Assembly (NCBI GenBank): GCA_043228905.1
Contig: JBHGNT010000336.1
Location: 1-33,472, forward strand
Direction: 5' to 3'
DNA length: 33,472 bases
Origin: Azolla caroliniana
Lineage: Eukaryota; Plantae; Polypodiophyta
Shown: in pieces, positions 23,401-33,472 of the stretch
How positions within the stretch are numbered: the first letter of the stretch is position 1
Layout: every line of letters starts with the position of its first letter
Translations under genes and position numbers: made by a program
Notes under the pieces: generated by a model
What the model saw: the letters and a program-made list of their open reading frames with translations, nothing else
What the model was told of the DNA's origin: nothing
The model's database searches: none

Positions 23401-26400
23401 AGGTATGAACATTTTAATTTATCTACTAGCTCTTCCCAACTCACTCCTCAAATTTGGTTATTTCGTCATGTCTCTCGACCTGAGTTTGAAAATCTTGATT
23501 TTTTAATTCCAGATCATAGCTAGTGTTGTTAGCTTCGATTCGCATGTTTGAACACAAAAATCCGATATCACACGACCCAGGTATGACCATTTTAATTTAC
23601 CTACTAGCTCTTCCCAACTCACTCGTAAAATTTGGTAATTTCGTCATGTCTCTCGACCTGAGTTTCAAAATCTTGATTTTTTAATTCCAGATCATAGCTA
23701 GTGTTGTTAGCTTCGATTCGCATGTTTGAACACAAAAATCCGATATCACACGACCCAAGTATGAACATTTTAATTTATCTACTAGCTCTTCCCAACTCAC
23801 TCCTCAAATTTGGTAATTTGGTCATGTCTGTCGACCTGAGTTTCAAAATCTTGATTTTTTAATTCCATATCATAGCTAGCGTTGTTAGCTTCGATTCGCA
23901 TCTTTGAACACAAAAATCCGATATCACACGACCCAGGTATGAACATTTTTATTTACCTACTAGCTCTTCTAAACTCACTCCTCAAATTTGGTAATTTCGT
24001 CATGTCTCTCGACCTGAGTTTCAAAATCTTGATTTTTTAATTCCATATCATAGCTAGCGTTGTTAGCTTCGAATCGCATGTTTGAACACAAAAATCCGAT
24101 ATCACACGACCCAGGTATGAACATTTTAATTTTCCTACTAGCTCTTCCCAACTCACTCCTCAAATTTGGTAATTTCGTCATGACTCTCGACCTGAGTTTC
24201 AAAATCTTCATTTTTTAATTCCATATCATAGCTAGTGTTGTTAGCTTCGATTCGCATGTTTGAACACAAAAATCCGATATCACATGACCCAGGTATGACC
24301 ATTTTAATTTATCTACTAGCTCTTCCCAACTCACTCTTCATATTTGGTAATTTCGTCATGTCTCTCCACCTGAGTTTCAAAATCTTGATTTTTTAATTCC
24401 ATATCATACCTAGCGTTGTTAGCTTCGATTCGCATGTTTGAACACAAAAATCCGATATCACACAACCCAGGTATGACCATTTTAATTTACCTACTAGCTC
24501 TTCCCAACTCACTCGTAAAATTTGGTAATTTCGTCATGTCTCTCGACCTGAGTTTCAAAATCTTGATTTTTTAATTCCATATCATAGCTAGCGTTGTTAG
24601 CTTCGATTCGCATGTTTGAACACAAAAATCCGATATCACACTCGTTAGGTATGAACATTTTAATTTTCCTACTAGTTCTTCCCAACTCACTCCTCAAATT
24701 TGGTAATTTCGTCATGTCTCTCGACCTGAGTTTCCAAATCTTGATTTTTTAATTCCATATCATAGCTAGCGTTGTTAGCTTCGATTCGCATGTTTGAACA
24801 CAAAATTCCGATATCACATGACCCAGGTATGAACATTTTAATTTATCTACTAGCTCTTCCCAACTCGCTCCTCAAATTTGGTTATTTCGTCATGTCTCTC
24901 GACCTGAGTTTCAAAATCTTGATTTTTTATTTCCATATCATAGCTAGCGTTGTTAGCTTCGATTCGCATGTTTGAACACAAAAATCCGATATCACACGAC
25001 CCAAGTATGAACATTTTAATTTATCTACTAGCTCTTCCCAACTCACTCCTCAAATTTGGTTATTTCGTCATGTCTCTCGACCTGAGTTTGAAAATCTTGA
25101 TTTTTTAATTCCAGATCATAGCTAGTGTTGTTAGCTTCGATTCGCATGTTTGAACACAAAAATCCGATCTCACACGACCCAAGTATGAACATTTTAATTT
25201 ATCTACTAGCTCTTCCCAACTCACTCCTCAAATTTGGTAATTTCGTCATGTCTCTCGACCTGAGTTTGAATATCTTGATTTTTTAATTCCATATCATACC
25301 TAGCGTTGTTTGTTAGCTTCACTTCGCATGTTTGAACACAAAAATCCGATATCACACGACCCAGGTATAACCATTTTAATTTACCTACTAGCTCTTCCCA
25401 ACTCACTCCTCAAATTTGGTAATTTCGTCATGTCTCTCGACCTGAGTTTCAAAATCTTGATTTTTTAATTCCATATCATAGCTAGTGTTGTTAGCTTCGA
25501 TTCGCATGTTTGAACACAAAAATCCGATATCACACTCGTTAAGTATGAACATTTTAATTTACCTACTAGCTCTTCCCAACTCACTCCTCAAATTTGGTAA
25601 TTTCGTCATTTCTCTCGACCTGAGTTTCAAAATCTTGATTTTTTAATTCCATATCATAGCTAGCGTTGTTAGCTTCGATTCGCATGTTTGAACACAAAAA
25701 TCCGATATCACACGACCCAGGTATGAACATTTTAATTTATCTACTAGCTCTTCCCAACTCACTCCTCAAATTTGGTAATTTCGTGATTTCTCTCGACCTG
25801 AGTTTCCAAATCTTCATTTTTTAAATCCATATCATACCTAGCGTTGTTAGCTTCACTTCGCATGTTTGAACACAAAACTCCGATATCACACAACCCAGGT
25901 ATGACCATTTTAATTTACCTACTAGCTCTTCCCAACTCACTCCTCAAATTTGGTTATTTCGTCATGTCTCTCGACCTGAGTTTGAAAATCTTGATTTTTT
26001 AATTCCATATCATAGCTAGTGTTGTTAGCTTCGATTCGCATGTTTGAACACAAAAATCCGATATCACACTCGTTAAGTATGAACATTTTAATTTACCTAC
26101 TAGCTCTTCCCAACTCACTCGTAAAATTTGGTAATTTCGTCATGTCTCTCGACCTGAGTTTCAAAATCTTGATTTTTTAATTCCATATCATAGCTAGCGT
26201 TGTTAGCTTCGAATCGAATGTTTGAACACAAAAATCCGATATCACACGACCCAGGTATGAACATTTTAATTTACCTACTAGCTCTTCTAAACTCACTCCT
26301 CAAATTTGGTAATTTCGTCATGACTCTCGACCTGAGTTTCAAAATCTTCATTTTTTAATTCCATATCATAGCTAGTGTTGTTAGCTTCGATTCGCATGTT

Positions 26401-29400
26401 TGAACACAAAAATCCGATATCACACGACCCAGGTATGAACATTTTAATTTATCTACTAGCTCTTCCCAACTCACTCCTCAAATTTGGTAATTTCGTGATT
26501 TCTCTCGACCTGAGTTTCCAAATCTTCATTTTTTAAATCCATATCATACCTAGCGTTGTTAGCTTCACTTCGCATGTTTGAACACAAAAATCCGATATCA
26601 CACAACCCAGGTATGACCATTTTAATTTACCTACTAGCTCTTCCCAACTCACTCCTCAAATTTGGTTATTTCGTCATGTCTCTCGACCTGAGTTTGAAAA
26701 TCTTGATTTTTTAATTCCAGATCATAGCTAGTGTTGTTAGCTTCGATTCGCATGTTTGAACACAAAAATCCGATATCACACGACCCAGGTATGACCATTT
26801 TAATTTACCTACTAGCTCTTCCCAACTCACTCGTAAAATTTGGTAATTTCGTCATGTCTCTCGACCTGAGTTTCAAAATCTTGATTTTTTAATTCCATAT
26901 CATAGCTAGCGTTGTTAGCTTCGATTCGCATGTTTGAACACAAAATTCCGATATCACACAACCCAGCTATGACCATTTTAATTTACCTACTAGCTCTTCT
27001 AAACTCACTCCTCAAATTTGGTAATTTCGTCATGACTCTCGACCTGAGTTTCAAAATCTTCATTTTTTAATTCCATATCATAGCTAGTGTTGTTAGCTTC
27101 GATTCGCATGTTTGAACACAAAAATCCGATATCACATGACCCAGGTATGACCATTTTAATTTATCTACTAGCTCTTCCCAACTCACTCTTCATATTTGGT
27201 AATTTCGTCATGTCTCTCCACCTGAGTTTCAAAATCTTGATTTTTTAATTCCATATCATACCTAGCGTTGTTAGCTTCGATTCGAATGTTTGAACACAAA
27301 AATCCGATATCACACGACCCAGGTATGAACATTTTAATTTATCTACTAGCTCTTCCCAACTCACTCCTCAAATTTGGTAATTTCGTCATGTCTCTCGACC
27401 TGAGTTTGAATATCTTGATTTTTTAATTCCATATCATACCTAGCGTTGTTTGTTAGCTTCACTTCGCATGTTTGAACACAAAAATCCGATATCACACGAC
27501 CCAGGTATAACCATTTTAATTTACCTACTAGCTCTTCCCAACTCACTCCTCAAATTTGGTAATTTCGTCATGTCTCTCGACCTGAGTTTCAAAATCTTGA
27601 TTTTTTAATTCCATATCATAGCTAGTGTTGTTAGCTTCGATTCGCATGTTTGAACACAAAAATCCGATATCACACTCGTTAAGTATGAACATTTTAATTT
27701 ACCTACTAGCTCTTCCCAACTCACTCCTCAAATTTGGTAATTTCGTCATTTCTCTCGACCTGAGTTTCAAAATCTTGATTTTTTAATTCCATATCATAGC
27801 TAGCGTTGTTAGCTTCGATTCGCATGTTTGAACACAAAAATCCGATATCACACGACCCAGGTATGAACATTTTAATTTATCTACTAGCTCTTCCCAACTC
27901 ACTCCTCAAATTTGGTAATTTCGTGATTTCTCTCGACCTGAGTTTCCAAATCTTCATTTTTTAAATCCATATCATACCTAGCGTTGTTAGCTTCACTTCG
28001 CATGTTTGAACACAAAACTCCGATATCACACAACCCAGGTATGACCATTTTAATTTACCTACTAGCTCTTCCCAACTCACTCCTCAAATTTGGTTATTTC
28101 GTCATGTCTCTCGACCTGAGTTTGAAAATCTTGATTTTTTAATTCCATATCATAGCTAGTGTTGTTAGCTTCGATTCGCATGTTTGAACACAAAAATCCG
28201 ATATCACACTCGTTAAGTATGAACATTTTAATTTACCTACTAGCTCTTCCCAACTCACTCGTAAAATTTGGTAATTTCGTCATGTCTCTCGACCTGAGTT
28301 TCAAAATCTTGATTTTTTAATTCCATATCATAGCTAGCGTTGTTAGCTTCGAATCGAATGTTTGAACACAAAAATCCGATATCACACGACCCAGGTATGA
28401 ACATTTTAATTTACCTACTAGCTCTTCTAAACTCACTCCTCAAATTTGGTAATTTCGTCATGACTCTCGACCTGAGTTTCAAAATCTTCATTTTTTAATT
28501 CCATATCATAGCTAGTGTTGTTAGCTTCGATTCGCATGTTTGAACACAAAAATCCGATATCACATGACCCAGGTATGACCATTTTAATTTATCTACTAGC
28601 TCTTCCCAACTCACTCTTCATATTTGGTAATTTCGTCATGTCTCTCCACCTGAGTTTCAAAATCTTGATTTTTTAATTCCATATCATACCTAGCGTTGTT
28701 AGCTTCGATTCGCATGTTTGAACACAAAAATCCGATATCACACAACCTAGGTATGACCATTATAATTTACCTACTAGCTCTTCCCAACTCACTCGTAAAA
28801 TTTGGTAATTTCGTCATGTCTCTCGACCTGAGTTTCAAAATCTTGATTTTTTAATTCCATATCATAGCTAGTGTTGTTAGCTTCGATTCGCATGTTTGAA
28901 CACAAAATTCCGATATCACATGACCCAGGTATGAACATTTTAATTTATCTACTAGCTCTTCCCAACTCACTCCTCAAATTTGGTTATTTCGTCATGTCTC
29001 TCGACCTGAGTTTGAAAATCTTGATTTTTTAATTCCAGATCATAGCTAGTGTTGTTAGCTTCGATTCGCATGTTTGAACACAAAAATCCGATATCACACG
29101 ACCCAGGTATGACCATTTTAATTTACCTACTAGCTCTTCCCAACTCACTCGTAAAATTTGGTAATTTCGTCATGTCTCTCGACCTGAGTTTCAAAATCTT
29201 GATTTTTTAATTCCAGATCATAGCTAGTGTTGTTAGCTTCGATTCGCATGTTTGAACACAAAAATCCGATATCACACGACCCAAGTATGAACATTTTAAT
29301 TTATCTACTAGCTCTTCCCAACTCACTCCTCAAATTTGGTAATTTGGTCATGTCTGTCGACCTGAATTTCAAAATCTTGATTTTTTAATTCCATATCATA

Positions 29401-30310
29401 GCTAGCGTTGTTAGCTTCGATTCGCATCTTTGAACACAAAAATCCGATATCACACGACCCAGGTATGAACATTTTTATTTACCTACTAGCTCTTCTAAAC
29501 TCACTCCTCAAATTTGGTAATTTCGTCATGACTCTCGACCTGAGTTTCAAAATCTTGATTTTTTAATTCCATATCATAGCTAGTGTTGTTAGCTTCGATT
29601 CGCATGTTTGAACACAAAAATCCGATATCACACTCGTTAAGTATGAACATTTTAATTTACCTACTAGCTCTTCTAAACTCACTCCTCAAATTTGGTAATT
29701 TCGTCATTTCTCTCGACCTGAGTTTCAAAATCTTGATTTTTTAATTCCATATCATAGCTAGCGTTGTTAGCTTCGATTCGCATGTTTGAACACAAAAATC
29801 CGATATCACACGACCCAGGTATGAACATTTTAATTTATCTACTAGCTCTTCCCAACTCACTCCTCAAATTTGGTAATTTCGTGATTTCTCTCGACCTGAG
29901 TTTCCAAATCTTCATTTTTTAAATCCATATCATACCTAGCGTTGTTAGCTTCACTTCGCATGTTTGAACACAAAAATCCGATATCACACAACCCAGGTAT
30001 GACCATTTTAATTTACCTACTAGCTCTTCCCAACTCACTCCTCAAATTTGGTTATTTCGTCATGTCTCTCGACCTGAGTTTGAAAATCTTGATTTTTTAA
30101 TTCCAGATCATAGCTAGTGTTGTTAGCTTCGATTCGCATGTTTGAACACAAAAATCCGATATCACACGACCCAGGTATGACCATTTTAATTTACCTACTA
30201 GCTCTTCCCAACTCACTCGTAAAATTTGGTAATTTCGTCATGTCTCTCGACCTGAGTTTCAAAATCTTGATTTTTTAATTCCATATCATAGCTAGCGTTG
30301 TTAGCTTCGA
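14437..30310. repeat. Tandem duplication of a 43-monomer block, period 7,663 bp
   Basis: ORF pairs are offset by 7,663 (16312/23975, 16846/24509, 17109/24772, 17558/25221, 19698/27361). 7663 = 43x178+9. The private CTGAATTTC variant occurs only at 21703 and 29366. The CGATTCGAATG variant occurs only in monomers 19601 and 27264. Confidence 0.92.
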
Positions 30311-33300
30311 ATCGAATGTTTGAACACAAAAATCCGATATCACACGACCCAGGTATGAACATTTTAATTTACCTACTAGCTCTTCTAAACTCACTCCTCA
30401 AATTTGGTAATTTCGTCATGACTCTCGACCTGAGTTTCAAAATCTTCATTTTTTAATTCCATATCATAGCTAGTGTTGTTAGCTTCGATTCGCATGTTTG
30501 AACACAAAAATCCGATATCACACGACCCAGGTATGAACATTTTAATTTATCTACTAGCTCTTCCCAACTCACTCCTCAAATTTGGTAATTTCGTGATTTC
30601 TCTCGACCTGAGTTTCCAAATCTTCATTTTTTAAATCCATATCATACCTAGCGTTGTTAGCTTCACTTCGCATGTTTGAACACAAAAATCCGATATCACA
30701 CAACCCAGGTATGACCATTTTAATTTACCTACTAGCTCTTCCCAACTCACTCCTCAAATTTGGTTATTTCGTCATGTCTCTCGACCTGAGTTTGAAAATC
30801 TTGATTTTTTAATTCCAGATCATAGCTAGTGTTGTTAGCTTCGATTCGCATGTTTGAACACAAAAATCCGATATCACACGACCCAGGTATGACCATTTTA
30901 ATTTACCTACTAGCTCTTCTAAACTCACTCCTCAAATTTGGTAATTTCGTCATGACTCTCGACCTGAGTTTCAAAATCTTCATTTTTTAATTCCATATCA
31001 TAGCTAGTGTTGTTAGCTTCGATTCGCATGTTTGAACACAAAAATCCGATATCACATGACCCAGGTATGACCATTTTAATTTATCTACTAGCTCTTCCCA
31101 ACTCACTCTTCATATTTGGTAATTTCGTCATGACTCTCGACCTGAGTTTCAAAATCTTCATTTTTTAATTCCATATCATAGCTAGTGTTGTTAGCTTCGA
31201 TTCGCATGTTTGAACACAAAAATCCGATATCACATGACCCAGGTATGACCATTTTAATTTATCTACTAGCTCTTCCCAACTCACTCTTCATATTTGGTAA
31301 TTTCGTCATGTCTCTCCACCTGAGTTTCAAAATCTTGATTTTTTAATTCCATATCATACCTAGCGTTGTTAGCTTCGATTCGCATGTTTGAACACAAAAA
31401 TCCGATATCACACAACCTAGGTATGACCATTTTAATTTACCATCTAGCTCTTCCCAACTCACTCGTAAAATTTGGTAATTTCGTCATGTCTCTCGACCTG
31501 AGTTTCAAAATCTTGATTTTTTAATTCCATATCATAGCTAGTGTTGTTAGCTTCGATTCGCATGTTTGAACACAAAATTCCGATATCACATGACCCAGGT
31601 ATGAACATTTTAATTTATCTACTAGCTCTTCCCAACTCACTCCTCAAATTTGGTTATTTCGTCATGTCTCTCGACCTGAGTTTGAAAATCTTGATTTTTT
31701 AATTCCAGATCATAGCTAGTGTTGTTAGCTTCGATTCGCATGTTTGAACACAAAAATCCGATATCACACGACCCAGGTATGACCATTTTAATTTACCTAC
31801 TAGCTCTTCCCAACTCACTCGTAAAATTTGGTAATTTCGTCATGTCTCTCGACCTGAGTTTCAAAATCTTGATTTTTTAATTCCATATCATAGCTAGCGT
31901 TGTTAGCTTCGAATCGCATGTTTGAACACAAAAATCCGATATCACACGACCCAGGTATGAACATTTTAATTTACCTACTAGCTCTTCTAAACTCACTCCT
32001 CAAATTTGGTAATTTCGTCATGACTCTCGACCTGAGTTTCAAAATCTTGATTTTTTAATTCCATATCATAGCTAGCGTTGTTAGCTTCGATTCGCATGTT
32101 TGAACACAAAAATCCGATATCACACGACCCAGGTATGAACATTTTAATTTATCTACTAGCTCTTCCCAACTCACTCCTCAAATTTGGTAATTTCGTGATT
32201 TCTCTCGACCTGAGTTTCCAAATCTTCATTTTTTAAATCCATATCATACCTAGCGTTGTTAGCTTCACTTCGCATGTTTGAACACAAAAATCCGATATCA
32301 CACAACCCAGGTATGACCATTTTAATTTACCTACTAGCTCTTCCCAACTCACTCCTCAAATTTGGTTATTTCGTCATGTCTCTCGACCTGAGTTTGAAAA
32401 TCTTGATTTTTTAATTCCAGATCATAGCTAGTGTTGTTAGCTTCGATTCGCATGTTTGAACACAAAAATCCGATATCACACGACCCAGGTATGACCATTT
32501 TAATTTACCTACTAGCTCTTCCCAACTCACTCGTAAAATTTGGTAATTTCGTCATGTCTCTCGACCTGAGTTTCAAAATCTTGATTTTTTAATTCCATAT
32601 CATAGCTAGCGTTGTTAGCTTCGATTCGCATGTTTGAACACAAAATTCCGATATCACACAACCCAGCTATGACCATTTTAATTTACCTACTAGCTCTTCT
32701 AAACTCACTCCTCAAATTTGGTAATTTCGTCATGACTCTCGACCTGAGTTTCAAAATCTTCATTTTTTAATTCCATATCATAGCTAGTGTTGTTAGCTTC
32801 GATTCGCATGTTTGAACACAAAAATCCGATATCACATGACCCAGGTATGACCATTTTAATTTATCTACTAGCTCTTCCCAACTCACTCTTCATATTTGGT
32901 AATTTCGTCATGTCTCTCCACCTGAGTTTCAAAATCTTGATTTCTTAATTCCATATCATACCTAGCGTTGTTAGCTTCGATTCGCATGTTTGAACACAAA
33001 AATCCGATATCACACAACCTAGGTATGACCATTTTAATTTACCTACTAGCTCTTCCCAACTCACTCGTAAAATTTGGTAATTTCGTCATGTCTCTCGACC
33101 TGAGTTTCAAAATCTTCATTTTTTAAATCCATATCATACCTAGCGTTGTTAGCTTCATTTCGCATGTTTGAACACAAAAATCCGATATCACACAACCCAG
33201 GTATGAGCATTTTAATTTACCTACTACCTCTTCCTAACTCACTCGTAAAATTTGGTAATTTCGTCATGTCTCTCCACCTGAGTTTCAAAATCTTGATTTT

Positions 33301-33472
33301 TTAATTCCATATCATAGCTAGCGTTGTTAGCTTCGATTCGCATGTTTGAACACAAAAATCCGATATCACACGACCCAGGTATGACCATTTTAATTTACCT
33401 ACTAGCTCTTCTAAACTCACTCCTCAAATTTGGTAATTTCGTCATGACTCTCGACCTGAGTTTCAAAATCTT

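Larger units (their letters stand above)
1..33472. repeat. 178-bp tandem satellite DNA array (~188 monomers), probably eukaryotic centromeric/heterochromatic; extends past both window edges
   Basis: AGYGTTGTTAGCTTCGATTCGCATGTTTGAACACAAAAATCCGATATCAC... recurs at 1, 179, 357, 535 ... 33142, 33320. The arithmetic closes exactly: 33319 = 187x178 + 7x4 + 5x1. There is no intervening unique sequence and no orientation switch. The repeat call is certain; centromeric function is only an inference. Confidence 0.99.

Noticed and set aside
3480-27546. The 24 short ORFs (61-78 aa) in the ORF track
   Set aside because: They are translations of satellite monomers, open only where a SNP or the 4-bp insertion removes a stop or shifts frame. 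They occur in different frames and on both strands, with no recognisable domain. I used them only as positional markers.
1-33472. CRISPR array
   Set aside because: There are no unique spacers, the entire 178-bp unit is repeated, and no cas genes or leader are present.

Overview
The whole 33,472-bp window is one uninterrupted head-to-tail tandem satellite array, all in one orientation. The monomer is 178 bp and about 36-37% GC (65/178 in monomer 1). By my count there are 187 complete monomers plus a 153-bp partial. Seven monomers are 182 bp (4-bp TTGT slippage) and five are 179 bp (+1). I see no genes, RNA genes, CRISPR, transposons or inversions, and the listed ORFs are repeat artefacts. Size and homogeneity fit a eukaryotic (peri)centromeric or heterochromatic satellite, but I cannot assign a species or named family. 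The informative signal is the layered higher-order structure read from monomer variants: a 4-mer HOR doubled to an 8-mer (1-2.9 kb), a 38-mer tandem duplication (period 6,774 bp), an overlapping 43-mer tandem duplication (period 7,663 bp), shuffled 5-10-mer blocks, chimeric monomers, a probable out-of-register conversion near 31 kb, and a vestigial ~81-90-bp dimer inside the monomer. I found no evidence for a new gene-based system. All comparisons were made by eye, so boundaries are approximate. 'pos N' means the position within the monomer, with pos 1 at the A of AGYGTTGTTAGC.
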